Of a stretch of 64,000 bases of DNA, positions 12,720-27,519 are shown one piece after another. Each line of letters begins with the position of its first letter. Position 1 is the first letter of the stretch. Both the position numbers and the translations under genes were made by a program. The stretch comes from Flaccisagitta enflata (lineage: Eukaryota): positions 5,952,001-6,016,000 of the forward strand of contig OZ231126.1 of NCBI GenBank assembly GCA_965153355.1. Direction: 5' to 3'. The notes under the pieces were generated by a model. It was not told the DNA's origin, did no database searches, and worked only from the letters and a program-made list of their open reading frames with translations.

Positions 12720-15102
12720 TTAAGCATTTGCTTGAACATTTGCCCAAAGTTTTTGACTTTGAGTCTCAATTGCGCTCCGGCTTGTTTACTGTAGGCCGTA
12801 AAGTCATCTTGATACTCGAAGATTTTCCTTTCAAAGTCTCCGCGTCGAGATTGACCGAGTTCCAACCTGCCCGCGATGAACAACTCGAACATCTGAGTCT
12901 CGGAGAACCTGGTGGGGGGGGGAGGGGGAGGAGGGTGGAGGAAGAGGAGAGTTTAATTAAGTTCCAGAGATACCTAAGATCCAAACAGAGAGATCGGGCG
13001 AGTCTGTCAACAAATTACTGAACGGAAATAGTATAATTTGATAGTGTATCCATGGAAATAATAGTAAGGCATATTAGTAAGGTGTCAAGTGTGTCAAGTA
13101 GTCAAGAGTGTCGTAAAGCATAAAGTGAAAGAAGATCGGAGTACATACCAGCTGAGAAACATCTTCAACGACTCTGAAAAGGTGGCTTTGCAGAAGTCGA
13201 TCTTGTTAAAGGTTTTGACGTTGAAAGCTTTCCTGACATTGTTATTGTTGTTGTTGTTGTTGTTATTGTTTTTTGAGCCGTCGTTGACATATTCGAGATA
13301 ATGACCACACGTAGAGACGAAGAAGCACAGAAATGTCTCCAACAGAAGATCGCAGTAACTCAACCCGGAAGAAGGAGATGACGACTCCGGAGCACGTCCA
13401 CTCTCTTCGTAGCAATACTGGGAGTGAAGAGGAGGAGGAAGAGGAAAGAAAAGGAAGAAAAGGTGGAAAAGGAAGAAGAGGAAAAGTAAGAAGAGGAAAA
13501 GGAAGAAAAGGAGGAAAGAGGAAGAGGAAGAAGAGGAAAAGGAAGATAGGAGGATCGAGGATAAGGAAAGACGAAGGACGAAAAGGAGGAAGGTGGTTAA
13601 CATTGAGAAAAGTATGAGAGAGCGAGTCATACACCAAAGTGAAGGGGAAAGGGAGGAAGGGAGCATGGGAGCATGGGAGTGAGGAGAAACAGAAACGAAG
13701 GAAATAAACAAGTGAGAAATGAAAGGGAAAGAAAAAAGAGAAGAGAGGGAAGGGAATAAACAAGTGAGAAATGAAAGGGAAAGAAGAAAGAGAGAAGAGA
13801 GGGAAGGGAATAAACAAGTGAGAAATGAAAGGGAAAGAAGGATGAGAGGGAAGGGATTAAACAAGTGAGCAATGGAAAGGAAAGAAGAAAGAGAGGAGAG
13901 AAGGAAGGTAATAAACCAGTGAAAAATGAAAGGGAAAGAATAAAGAGAGGAGAGAGGGAAGGGAATAAACAAGTGAGAAACGAAATGGAAAGAAGAAAGA
14001 GGAGAGAATGAAAGGAATAAACAAAGGAGAAATAATGGGGACAGAAGAGAGTAGAGAGGGCAAACATATCGCTCACCTGCAATCCCCTCAGTAAAGATCG
14101 GTGTAATTTTGGAGGGAGAATAGTAGCTTCATCACCCATCTCTCGAATGATTCGTCCTTCGTCCAAATTGACAATTAATACATCATCCAACTCGAGCGAG
14201 CTCAATGATTCCAGCGCAGATTCCTTTAAAAATGAATGCCAGTGAGCATCTAGAATTGTTTTTCTTAAAATCGTTTGTACGCAATTCAGTGAGCAACCGG
14301 TCGGCCGTTCCGCCAAGTCAGAGAGCTAAGTCGGTCACGGAGCGCTTTTGTCAATTCGATTGACCGTAAATGCCCCTACCCCCCCCCCCGCCCACGACAA
14401 AGCAGACAAAGGTCGCCATGTGTCCGCCGTCCGGTCATGTCTATGCTATTCCCTATCGTGGATCATCGCAGTTAACAAAGATGCCTTTACGCCTACCTGA
14501 ACGCCGACGATGTAAGGAAACGGGGTGGAGCAAATTTCGAGGAGATGAGATGGCAGAATCGGGATGAGAGTATGCTCCCAATTGAAGGGATACAAAAGCG
14601 CCACCAACGCCAAAATACAACGGGATAACTCTGCATTGAAGACATAATGCATTAAATGGAGAGTGGAGTCACTCATGTCCTATATTCTTAAATATTGGGA
14701 AACCGGAAGGAAATTCCAACTCTTTTTCGTGATTGTGATTTAGGTATTTGTTACCATGTACCAGTGAGTTGTCGAGAAACGAGGATGACAGATCTTTCTA
14801 AGAGAATGGTGGAGAAAAGGACGATGACGTTGTCGGGTCCCAGCATCTCCAACAAGATGCTCACGTCCACGCTCTCCATCGCACGATCACGCGGCTTCTG
14901 AACCTGAAATGACAAGATACAAACGTTAAACTTGTTTGAGTAAATTAGTGGCAATGGATATAAACAACAACAACGACAACACAAATTCAGCGACAACAAC
15001 AAATACAGCAGCAACAGCAACAAATGCAGCAGCAACAAATGCAGCAGCAACAACAAATGCAGCAGCAGCAGCAACAACAAATGCAGCAGCAGCAACCACA
15101 AC

Positions 15103-15136
<34 letters not shown>

Positions 15137-18100
15137 ACAACAACCAACCATCGCTTGGGTGACTGACCTCCAAATTGTCGAACTTGTCAGGGAGCGGAGT
15201 TTCGATGGCGGTCGGTTTCCCGATTTGCGTAGGCAGACTCGTATGGAAGGCGCTTTTGAGGAAATCCCAAGCAGCCTCTTCAGACTCTTCCACGTAATGC
15301 TCCAACTCGGTCAGGATCCGATCGTAAAGACCAAACGCGAAGACAGAACTTACTAAGCAGTACACCACAGGCTTAGTCGGACCTGCGAAAAAAATGGGAT
15401 CGTAAAGACCAAACGCGAACACAGAACTTACTAAGCAGTACACCACCGGCTTAGTCGGACCTGCAAAACGAAATGGGATCGTAAAGACCAAACGCGAAGA
15501 CAGAACTTACTAAGCAGTACACCACCGGCTTAGTCGGACCTGCAAAACGAAATGGGATCGTAAAGACCAAACGCAAAGACAGAACTTACTAAGCAATACA
15601 CCACAGGCTTAGTCGGACCTGAAGGAAGAAGCGGGATGAAGCAAGTTTTAATGTCGGTATAAGCGTGAGAAATGTCACGGCTGGTTACCGATTGGTGCTC
15701 AAATAAGATAGCGGTTCATCTATTTTATCCATCCTTCCCTCCTTAATCCCCTAGCCGGCCTAACCTTTCGAAGGTGGCAGAAAACGTCGACAATATCCAT
15801 ATTGACGAGTGGAATCTTCGCTGGTGAGGACGAACAAGTACGTGTCGCAATCCGCGTCCCAGATGGGCTGATAACCGGTAGTCTCGGGGAAACAAAACTG
15901 ACTGATAGTCACCAAGTCAGCGCCTGTCTCCTCGGGGAACCTGATGAGAGTGACAATTGAACTTAAGGTGACAAATCTGACTCAACATGGCCCGTTACCT
16001 CATATCTGGAAGTCCAGGTATTGGTGCCGTGGTAGATATTGACCTCAGATCCTAAATCTGAGTCCTTGTGAATTTTCCTATTTCTCTTTCATATGCGGCC
16101 GGTCCGAAGGTAGTAAAGGCATGGGCTCTAGCTTGAACTAATCTGCTTGAATTTGGTCCTGAAAGATACCTTGGAGTATGCACATAACTCTGTTCATCTC
16201 ATTGACCAAAATTTTGAATTTCTTAGGGGCCCCTAGAGGCCCCCAAAAAAGCCCTTAATAAGAATATTTTTTTGAAAAAAAAAGTGTGGTTCAATCGATA
16301 AGAAATTGCTTGATTCGCCTAGATCCAAAATCTTGTAATTTCACTTTTTTAAAAAAAACTTAGAAAATTTTTGTGTCGGCCATATTTTAAAGGAAAGTTT
16401 AAAAATTCTTTTGGAATTTTTTCAGCTTGATATGGTTCAAACAAATGTTCATAACTTCTATAGTATTTGAGCCAGAACCTTGAAATTTGAAACGTGCAAT
16501 ATTGAAAGCATTGAGCAGGTCCATGCAAAAGATTGAGCTACTGACTGACCTATGAAAATTTTTGAGTCAAAGTCTAGCCGTGGCTTAAAGTTTACTGGAA
16601 GATTGTTCATAATTCATAGCTTAGGTTCTCAAAAACTTCTTATATCGCACGGCTCTTGACAGTCCTGATACAGGCTCTCCAGCATCAAGTCAAGACAAGG
16701 TCGTTAAATGTAAAATTAAGAATAGGCCTATACACTCTTTATTTTGAGTAAGGACAAAGTTTATAAGGCTGACAAAGTTTATAAGGCTGAGATTCTGCCA
16801 AAAATTAAGGACATTTTAAGGACAAGGCTCAGCCTCAGATAAGACCTCAGCAAAAATTTTCTCTCAAGCGAGATTCTCAACTTTGGCCTCGGAAAAAATT
16901 TTCTCTCAAGCGGAATGGTCAAGCTCTTTTGTTTTAGTTGCATGACTTTATTTACCCAAGAGAATCAGTTCTATTTTATTTTTTATTTCATTAAGTTAGG
17001 TATAGTAACATTTGACAATAGTTAGATACTTGCCTTGCAAAGAAAAAATTAAGGACATTTTAAGAACATTTCAGCCTCAAATTTTTGATAATTTAAGGAC
17101 ATCCGAGGCTCAAAATAAACTTACTGGTCCTTAAAAAAAATAAAGAGTGTATAAGCGCCAACACTTCATCATGCATATATCACCGGAATAGCGGAAAGAC
17201 GATGGAGTAACTTACTTTTGCGCGATGTAGGGTTTGAGCGTTTGCCTCTCTCTTTCATCGTCGATGTCGCGACGAATCGTGCCTTTGACTCCAATCTTTA
17301 CCAAAAGCACGAAATTGAAAAGGCTTTCGGTCTTTTTCCGCGACAGATTCCTCCTGATAACCAAAGTGGATCGCGATGTAACAAGTAAGAAAGATAAGAT
17401 ATTTTGCTGTGTATGTTTTTAATGGTGACATAACTCACCGAATGTTTTTCTTAATTTCAAATACAAGAAGTTGAAGTAGACAGCAAAAATCATAATTCGG
17501 TTTATGTGATCAGGTGAGATATGAAACCATTACGATTAAGGCAAAAGGGAAACAACAAAAGCAAAAAGGTGACCAATCACTCCAAAAAGTGAAGGAAATG
17601 TCACAGGGGGATGAAAGAATGGTTCTCAATATGGGAGAAAGTTAGATGCACATTATCAGATGCAAGCACTGGTTCAAAGGACAAGGTCAGTAATAACGCT
17701 GGTAGTTAATACTAGTAGACAGTCATGAGCAAATATTGAATTGCATCCGAGGAAGTTGAGTGGGAGATGGGAAGTTTGCATTTCTTCTCCACAAAACACC
17801 ACCAAGAAAATTGGCAAACGTTGTCATGTACTTTTTCTTGTGCAACTCGAAATATCTGGTTATCTAAACTAACGGTATTGAAACAGTGAGTAACGATCAA
17901 AAAATACCTCTCAGTACAACTGAATGCAGAAAGATCTCATATACAGATTTTGTATACAGTGCCATAATTCAGTCCAACGCCTATCTGCAGTCAACTGCAT
18001 GAGTTGCGATCTTTTTTTTTCACCGTTTTGATAATTTTAATGAAAGACATAATTCTAAAAACAAATCGAATGGGTTAAAAAAGTGTTACGACAAAGTCTG

Positions 18101-21100
18101 GTAAAACCACAACTGATAATTCCCCCAACCTTGGCCTCGCGTCAACATCGTGGAATTCGAAACTTGGGAATAAACAAAAATGCCAATAAAGAATAAAATG
18201 GAAATGATGGACAGAGAAGGAAATGTCATTTTGGCTCACACTACCTCATCACTTGAACATTCTCAAGTCTTGCCTGTAAACTTCCGATTCTTCGCAAGAT
18301 CTTGGAATATATATGTACAGTATGTTTATTCTCAAATGAAACAAAAGATGACGGCATAAATCCAAAACTAATAAAGGTAATCAAATTCTGCAAAAAGTAC
18401 ATGAAAGAGTATGTTCTGGCATTTATTTGTGCAAAATCTTAGCCTTTGGGTTCAAATAGTTTAGCTTCAACATGCGTTTGAAGAAAAAAACATGAATTGT
18501 TATTTGTTACTTTTTCCCACTGGAGACAAAGGATGAAATTTTCCACTTTATTCATTTTATCAACAAAAATGGTAATTGTTCATCTCAACAGGCAATGTAT
18601 GTGGTATTTGTGATAGCAGATAAGATTTTTCCTGCTAACTGGTTCAATTTAACTAAAAAATCTCAAAAAGCAATATTTTATGGATTGAAAATAGAAGAAA
18701 ATTTAGTATTTTGCTTTAGATGCGGACTGAAGCTAGACTAATTGAGATCTAAGGCTAAGATTTGGCACAAACAATTGCCAGAACATACTCTTTCAGAAAC
18801 TTTTTTCGGAATTTGATTATCTCAATTCATTTTGGATTTATGCCGTCATCTTTCGTTTCATTTGAGAATAAACATACTGTAATGTACATCGTTATCACAA
18901 TCTGCTTTCTTCGCGCATCACACGTAATTTACACGTACACAGTCAGACAAATACAATCAAACAATCCTTATCTAAGCTCGTTACCTTCTGCATTCAACGG
19001 TTTTGTCGCGGAGATCTTTCTTAGAATTGACGTAGCGTAATTTCCTCTCGTGATTTCGTTTGTAAGTTTCCTCCTCATCACTCGTCTGGCTCGATGACCC
19101 GTCTGTCAAAGTAGCAACTATTTACTTATTCGAAGAATCAGTAGTGAATTATTTCGTGTCAGTTTCTAGCTTTTATCGAACCACACCATTTTTTTATGTG
19201 AAACCAATTTTAAGAGCCATGATTGTTAGCTCTGGAAAGATGAATAGTGTCGTTGTCGTCTCGCTTAAGCACTGTTAATTAAAATTCCCACCCTTATCTC
19301 CTTCTTCTTCTCCGGTTCCCATCGATCCACACTGACCCACTTCAATCCTACGCCCTAGCTCTTTTAATCTCCCAGTCTTTCATTTTATCCGATCTCGCTC
19401 TGCCTCATCGCACCCATTCTCTGAAATTTCTCCGATCCTTTCCGATCCCGTTCTCCCATTCTCTGATCCTTTCCGAGTTCCGACCTCCCACACGTTTTCC
19501 CTCACCTGGCATGGGAGGTTTGGGGCTGAATCCCAGTTCCGAATCGAGCGGTTTGACGTTTTCGGTCACTTTAAAGAATCCTTGTCTGATTTTGGCTAAT
19601 TGCATTTGGTCTTTGGAGAGGGAAGCTTCTTCGGCGGCGAGAAGGGTCACTCCCGGACTCCAACCCTGACTCTCCTTCCTTTGAGGAGGCACGGGGGATG
19701 ATGTACCAGTGGGGCCTAAGGAGTGGGAAAGGAGATATATTAAAATAAGGCGGAGGATAACGAGGAGGAAGGAAGACGGAGGAAGAAGACTGAATGAGCA
19801 GAAAATGGAAGAGGGGGGAGAAAGATGGAAAAAGAAGAGCGAGAGGAGCAAGAAGTGGAAGAGGAAGAAGAAGAAAGGGGACGGAAGAAGACAGCGGAAG
19901 AAAGGAGACGGAAGAAGGCAGAAGAAACAGAGGGAAGCAACATTAAAACATGTGATGAAGTTGATTTGAACGCGTAATTAATTCTTTTGCGTGTCTAAAA
20001 AGTGCAACATTGCCACACCTGGCTTGTTGCCGACGGTTCCATTGGACATCGGAGACGAGGACGTTTTGGCGAGTTGCGATCGATTTCCGTTGGGAACTCG
20101 GAGCAAATCCTCGGAAGATGCGGCTTCCGTGTTGGCGCGGGACTTGGGCACGGAAGACTGGAGGAGGAAGAGAAAGATTAAGATGAAGACAAAGGCTTGG
20201 AGAGGGCGGATTATTGGAGTATAAGAATAATTTTTTTGACTAATTTAATAATTTTTTAACTAATCGACGTACTCTTGTCTTGGGTGGGATCGAAAATGAG
20301 GAGAGGAAGAGGGAGAACAAGGCCAGGTAGTCACGCCGGATGGATCATAAAACCAACGATGCAACGGACAGATACAACATGAAATAAGTGCGACAGCGCA
20401 CTAAGTCTGCCGCACTTAGATAGACAGATGACGAAAACAAAGAAATGCCTGATGAGCCTTCAAAGTTCAAACTAAATCGCACCTTTTCACATATGGAGGG
20501 TTCGGAGGAACTTCTGACTCTCGCATCCGGAAGCAGATGAAAAACCGAAGACGCTGGAGTAGGATTCGCATCTTGAGGATTCGCATCTTGAGGATTCGCA
20601 TCAGCGGATGATCTTCGCGCATGATCGTCAACATCATCATCATCATCATCATCCTTAGAGAGGAACCCGATGGCGTAAGGCGGAATTTCAGTGACGTCTT
20701 TTTCTTCGACGCGACGCCCCCGAGAGAAATTGTCTGGCGTAGCGTACTGCGTCGTTGGCGTAGCTAATGGCGTGGTTGTTGCTGTCGGCGTCCCCGGCGT
20801 TGTCAGTGCCGTAATACCGGTAATTCCCGAGGCGGTGATGCCGACTGATACGGCTGATGCTCTAACTGCGTTGTTGTTGTTGTTGTTGTTGTTGTGCGGT
20901 GGAATGGCAGGTGACGGACCGCGGAACTGAAATCCGACGTGTCTCTGCGACGCCGTCGTCGTCGTCGTGGATGTTGATGCTGATCTTTCGACGGCAACAC
21001 CAGGTCCCATGTCAGAATCCTCATCCCTCGATAGCGTCGTCGTCAACCCGTTTCGCTCCTCCGTCGATCGTCTATTCGAAGAGGAAGAAGAAGAAGAAGA

Positions 21101-21638
21101 TGCTGTGGAATTGACAGCGAGACGTAATTCGTCTTTGCTGTCTTGAAACTGCCTTCGCGTGAAATGAAGCAGTCGATCGTAAGAAGAGTCGTCGTCGCCC
21201 AACGCCTCCGCGCCAACCTCGTAATCATCGTCGGCTCCGTTGTTGTCATAGACATTATTGGCGATGTTGTCCTTATTGTCTACGTTGTCATTATCGCCAC
21301 CAGCATTATTGTCGTTGCCATGACAACGTGTCTGGGTGAAAGGTGGTTGCGAGTAATAAGGCGAGTCTGACGCTGATTTGCATTTCGCTTCAAATTGTTT
21401 GACTAGATTGGGATCGAGTTGAACGTAATCTCGACGTGACGAAGAAGAGAATTGCGCGACATTCTCGTAATCGTCATTGCCATTGTCATTATTAATGTCA
21501 AAATTGGCGTTTTCATCGACGTCGTTGTCATTGTCGTTGGTTCTGTCATGATCGCACTTTGTCGACGTCGAAGGAAGGAGAGGGGACGCGCTTTTGGAAA
21601 TGGGACTTCTGGTGGATTCCGTGTATTTTGCTCTTGTT

Positions 21639-21673
<35 letters not shown>

Positions 21674-24600
21674 TTTACGCGATCCATGCAGAAAAGAATT
21701 TCTTCGATGAGCCGCAATTTCCGCCGTTTCCGCAGCCCCGAACGAAGGCTTCGACGATGGTGATGCAGTGGACGAGGGTTTCGACGACGATGATGCAGTT
21801 GACGACGACGATGAAACGAGTCTTGAAGGCTTGGCTCTGGAGGAAGCTGGATCGGGGACTACCAGAATGAATCCATCTTCGTCGATTTCCACCGGCGTTT
21901 CGACTCTTAATGAAACGTCTTCTGACTTGATCGGCGCATCTTCTTCCCTCAGTGGCGCCAAACTGGACAAAGCCGGGAACATCGACGCCGGTCGAGGGGA
22001 CGACTTCTCTCTGGGTGGAATATCAAGGAGAACCATGCAGTCAGTTGTACGACTTGAGAGCCGGCAAACAAATGAGAATAAGAAATTAGAATCCAATGTG
22101 TCTGAAATCATAAGGTCAGACATTCATAAAATCTTTGTCATTTGTACAACAAGATGGCGAAAAAAAATAAGTTAAGAATCATACATGCAGCTAAAATCCT
22201 TCAGTCATATACATGCGTAGAATGATCGAGGCACTTAAGCAGCTAGCTAACCCGTTTTGACAGTGTAAGAAACTGCTATCTGAAAATCAAAGAATCAAAA
22301 GGACCTGCTGGTTGTCAAAGCATGAAACACTCTTTAAGTTTAAAGTCTATTACCTTTTCCTTAGCACCACGGACTCCACTTCCGTTTTCATGTTCGTTAT
22401 CGTCTTCGTCGTTTGTATTAAATGCTTCTGAGGTGAAGACGGAGAGGAGAGAGTGGAGGTAAGGAAAGGAGAGGAGGGACTTCTAAATGCGGCTTTTTTC
22501 CCGGCTTTTTCGTCGTTCTCTTCGAAAAACGAAATTCGGTTTGAAATTTTTTTCTTGTTGTTGTTGTTGTTGATACCGTTGTTGTTATTGCTAACGTCGT
22601 CGACTGTCTTTTGTTTGGAGTGGTCTTCTCGGTCAACGCGAGAGGTCCTCATTGTCGCAGGCGTATGAAAGACGTTGTCGTCATTGTTGCTGGCCATTTT
22701 GTCGTCATTATTGGTCGCCATTTTATCGTCATTATTGGTCGCCATTTTATCGTCAATGGCGCTGCGCCAATTGGATTCGGAAGACGCTTCAGCGGAAGTA
22801 GAAGAGGCGGAGGCGGACGACCCGGTGGATGTGCCATCGGACAGTAGAAACGACGCCGACGTCCGACCGATTGTCACAGACGCTAATTGACGATTACTGC
22901 TATTGTTATTGCTGTTGTTGTTGCTGATGTTTTCGTTTCTGCCAGGGACTGAGGGTTGGGAGTGAAATGAAAATGAAAGGGGATCAGGGAAGAAGTACAC
23001 TGGCCCGGGGATGTATTTAAGATGTATCATTTTATTCCCCCACTGGCCTCACAAATGCAACTTTGGACACGACAGTAACACATACCACGCAAACAATCAA
23101 AATTCCCCATTCAGAGACTTTTCAAATGATTCTTTTCTTGGAAAAATTCATCAAAATGCACACGCAAACAGGCAAGCTCGCCCCATTTGGAGATTTTACA
23201 ATTCACTATTCTGATTTATGAGTCCTGCACAATGCACATTGCTTGAGGCACTCATTTACCCTTCAATCCCAGTTGCGACGAGCGGGCCAAGGTGGATGAG
23301 GCTATCGGCCGACCGGCAATCCGAGTCGAATTCGGTTTCGATTCCGCGATCCGACTTTCTTCCGTAGACGATGCCGATGACAACGATGATAACGAAGACA
23401 ACCTTAAAGCCACTTCATCATCTACTCTATCACTCTCAATCGTCTTAGTGTTACGAGGTGTCGATAAAACTCGTTGGTTTACAGATTTATCTCCACGATG
23501 AACGATTCGTTTTTCAGCGTTTTTGGTGTCATGGTAATTGCTATCGCAGTCTCTCAGGCAAATCTCAATGTTTTCCTCATTTAAGACTCCGTTTGTCTTT
23601 TCCAATACTGTGGTGATAGATCGCCCTTTGATGATTTCCTTCGACCTCTCCTCCGCCGAAAAAGAAACCGGAAACTGGAATTTCCGCGCGGGAACCGGAG
23701 AATGAAGACCGGAAGTTGTACGCGGATCGGATGCGGATGTTCTATGTGGCGTCGGGAATGCGTCAGCGTCGGTTTCGGCGTCAGTTTCGGCGTCGAGCTT
23801 GGGACTAGAATGACCGTTCAAGGAATTGACATGAACTCGATCTGGACGATTCTGCCGCTGTTGACGCTGATACTGGTTATTTTTCGCAAATGGCGATAAA
23901 TACACATTCGCTTGCTTTTGAAAGGCATGAGGAGAATTTTGTGAACGAAAAGGATTTATCACGGATTGTGTCTCGTCATTTTTACAGTCGTTGTGATTGT
24001 TGTAGCGTTGACAGTTGTTTTTGTTTTCATTGCTATTGTTGTTTTTGTCTTCGTCATTTTCGAAATTAACGCCATCTTGGCCGTTAACGTAACCGTTTTT
24101 CAATCGATGGGAATCAATCAGAGAAACGTCGATTTTGGGCGACGAAGAAACAAATTTCGGAGAGTATTTCGTTTGTGCGGCATTCGTTATTGAGGGATTT
24201 GTTATTGAAAGTTTTGTTATTGCTGAATTCGATGTAGCGGACTTGGTATCTGAGTCGATTCTGTGTTTAGTGGAAACTTCCGTGGATCGAAGTTTGGAGA
24301 AAGGAAGAGGGGAAGAAAAGGCCAAAGGAGAAGGCAAACCCAAAAACGAATGAGGACGGTCAGGCTGAGGAGAACATTAGGAAGAGTAAGAAAATTGGGG
24401 GTTAAACAGTCAGGAGAAAGTGAATGCATAGAAGAGGATGAAGCAGAAGAGGACTGAGAAGTAGAAAAACAACGACAACAAGAAAAATAACAACAATGAA
24501 ACAAGGTACTGACAAAATGAATACAAATAAATGAACAAGAAGAGGAACAAGGCCGGATACACGGCTACCCCAGTCGCGTGCGGGTGGGCAGGGGCTGTAT

Positions 24601-25511
24601 TTGAGGTCACTTGATCACTTGGGCAGGAGCAGTGAGGCCATGGACCGCAAAAAAACAAAAAAAGTAAAGTGTGACGGACGGACGGACCGACCGACGGACG
24701 GACGGACCGACAAAGCGGGGTGTAGAGTCGCGTAGCACGCGACTAAAAAGGCGGGTAAGATAATCAACAACACTTGAAAGAACTTTCAAGTGGTAGCAAT
24801 GCGTTTTCGAAACAACGCCAAGTAGGCCAATGAGGTGCGTCGTGTGGATCGCCGAACGAATGCGTTACTCGACCAACCGACCGACCAACCAACGGACAGC
24901 CAGTTATAGAGGTGCTTTGTCGCACCTAAAAAGGAGGGAGAGAAGAGAGGAAAAACGGTTCAACAAATGAACAAAAGACAATGTGACAATTTTAAGAGGA
25001 AAAGGAGCGATTTCGATTTAAGACACACCCACGCCCAGTTCCAGTACCTTCCCTAATTCCCACTCAAAGTCAGAAAAAGGCTTATCAACTTGAATTATCA
25101 GTGACTCACTTTGTGCTTGTCAGTTATCGTCTCGGTTCTCCTCGTCGTCTTCGGTGACGCGGCCGGACTCAAAGTTAATCTCAATTCAGTCACGAAGCTC
25201 CTCCGTTTATTAACATCATCCTCATTTAAAACGCAGTCGGAAGACTTGACTTTTCGAATCGGAAACCCGACGGCGGTGGAAGAAGAAGAAGTCGAGACCG
25301 AGGAGCTATTCAGTGGATTGTCAGCGGCGGCACTCAGGGGATTGTCAGCGGCGGCACTCCGGGGATTGTCGTCAGCGGCATTTTTCCCTCGTCGATTGTC
25401 ATCGTCACTGAACGAACCTTTGTCACCTTCGGTGGCATTTTCAATGTTGTTATTATCATCATCTCGAGACGTTTCAAAGAGAGCCTTGAGTTGGGATATA
25501 CGAGATGTCAT
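12720..25511 (-). CDS. DENND2: DENN-domain Rab GEF of the DENND2/ST5 family with a long low-complexity N-terminus. Exons: 25110-25511, 23260-~24250, 22354-22948, 20483-22010, 20019-20157, 19506-19715, 18985-19102, 17216-17353, 15765-15940, 15168-15382, 14762-14903, 14497-14630, 14077-14223, 13149-13417, 12720-12908
   Basis: uDENN: QFCFPE...YLFVLTSEDSTRQYGYCRRFLP...VYCLVS. cDENN: LFSTILLERSVILVS...LLYPFNWEHTLIPILP...PFPYIVG...DEATILPPKL. dDENN: FLCFFVSTCGHY...FSETQMFELFI. Stop TAA at 12720-12722. N-terminal exon boundaries and the start codon are less certain. Confidence 0.88.
15320..15625. repeat. 78/79-bp tandem array (4 copies) of DENND2 acceptor plus exon start
   Basis: ATCGTAAAGACC recurs at 15321, 15399, 15478 and 15557. 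Confidence 0.95.
16730..17152. mobile_element. MITE with TACACTCTTT / AAAGAGTGTA ends; relatives at 40781-41199 and from 63780
   Basis: Terminal inverted repeats flanked by TA, AT-rich non-coding interior. Confidence 0.6.
18318..18879. mobile_element. Tc1/mariner-type MITE
   Basis: Long TIR CAGTATGTTTATTCTCAAATGAAAC...GATGACGGCATAAATCCAAAA with TA on both sides. Confidence 0.8.
24546..24749 (-). mobile_element. Short DINE-1/HINE-like element
   Basis: Near-identical reverse-complement copy of 5255-5448. Confidence 0.75.
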
Positions 25512-27519
25512 GGTAGATGAAAGGGGGGGAGATGATGTTGGTGACCCGAGATGTGGTCGGAGATGTGGTCAATGGTGTGGTCGGAGATGTGGTCAGAGGA
25601 GTGGTCAGTGGTGTGGCCAGAGATGTGGCCAAAGATGGGCGATTTAGATATTTCCGCGCGATGAGACGTAAAATAGAATCGTTATTCGAAAACATTCGCG
25701 TCATTTTTGAAGAGAGAAAACGGATATATTTTGGATCTCTTATTCTTGTGCGTTTTTTTTTCATGCAACATTCATCACAGTTTTTTGACAGAGTAAATAT
25801 TTACCGAGATAACTCGCAGGCAGTGAAGAAAGTGTTGGGTTTTTTCGGGGAAAAGGAAAAAACAAAGTTGCTTTGCATAATTTCGGGAAAGGCGTGCTAG
25901 AGGGGAAAGATAAGCCGAGTCAAAGCACTTGCCAAAGCATATTGAAACCATCACAAGATATATCGTTTCGAAGGATAGACATGCGAAATCTCTGGAGAAA
26001 ATAGTGAAACCGAGAGAGTCATGCAGCTTTTCACCAACTGAAAACATGCGAATAAATTAAGCCATAGAGTAGAAAGCGTAAAAGGTGCATACAGTTTAAT
26101 CCTGCTATCACGGATCTAAATTTTATCTGTTTTCGGCTTTTTTAAGCTTCTAATTAGGCTGATTTTTTCTCTAATTAGAGAAATGGAAAGAAATCCTATG
26201 AAATAACTATATTTTAAATCTGTCGCAGGCAAATTGACGTTACTCTTAGATCCGGTATAGTGTGGTTTAGCTGTTCAAGATCACCTCGTACTGAGGAAAT
26301 GGCTAATTTCAAATTAAGCAAATATACACCTCAGTTCCTGAAACAGTATCATGCTTTTATTAGGAAAAAGTTCATTGGGTCACACCAGACTCCATGGTCC
26401 GTTGAATGAGGGAAAGTAATTGTGAATTCAATTGAATTTTGGATTGGTGTAGTTTTGGTTGATGACGATTTTGCCGATCACGAACTCTGCACAAATTCAG
26501 TGGGTTGGTGGAAAGGCTTGTTCAAACAAGGACGAAAACCTGGGCCAGAACCGTGCGCCAGGGGTTCTTATTCCGAGTGTTATCGACCAAACGACCGATC
26601 AACCGACAGACGGATGGAACTTCTTAAACGGAAGTGAGATGGCACACCTTCATATCAGAAAACCCTTAAAATGCGGCACGAACACTTCGTCCCACTGTCC
26701 TGGTCTACATAAATGGATTCATACTGACAGACACATCCACAACCTGTAACGGAAGACTGCGAAGCGACCAACAGATTACACACGGGATCAACCCTGGTTT
26801 CGCCACGGACAAGGCCACGAATGCCACAATATGCGTACAAGGGACAAATACATACATACAATCAAAATCCGGGTTCAAACAGAGAAACCGCTGGAACAAA
26901 ACGAAGGAAACTCAAAGTTTTTGTGTTTCTACAGAGTTAAGTTTTATTTCGAAATGGATTGATGATGAGTTAAGTTTCAGTTATCGTCACACTCGATGAG
27001 TTTTGTTTCAAACTGCCTGAGAAAGGAATCGTAAAAATATAAAAGGGGCTCAAAAACATGTTCAACGAAGCGAGGAAATAGTAAATCAACGAATGCGAAG
27101 TGGAAATGTAACAGCATAATTATGTATACGGCGACGATAAATCAAATATTGATCCGGGAACTTATTAGTCACGTGCTACGCGACTCTATAACCCGCTATG
27201 TTGGTCGGTCCGTCAGCCTCCGTTTGCTTTTTCAGCATTTTTGGGCGTTTTTCGCAACAGTGCTCCTGCCCAAATTTTTATGATATCCTTTTCATCACTG
27301 CCCCTGCCCACCTACACGCGACTTCGGTAGCCGTGTATCCGGCCTTGTTTCTCATTTAAACTCTTTCAGTTGTGCTTAGATTGTCCCTATTTTGTCATGG
27401 ATTGCTTGTTATTTCTATCGATACGAAACTCATATGCAAAACTAAAGCAAATTCAAGGACAGCATGTGTCCCCTTACAGAGATCGACAAAGAAACAAATG
27501 AGACGGAAAAAAGCTTAAA

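Noticed and set aside
13420-14060. Hydrophobic Phe/Leu/Ser ORFs resembling membrane proteins (also 49182-49691, 31774-32693)
   Set aside because: Intronic simple repeats.
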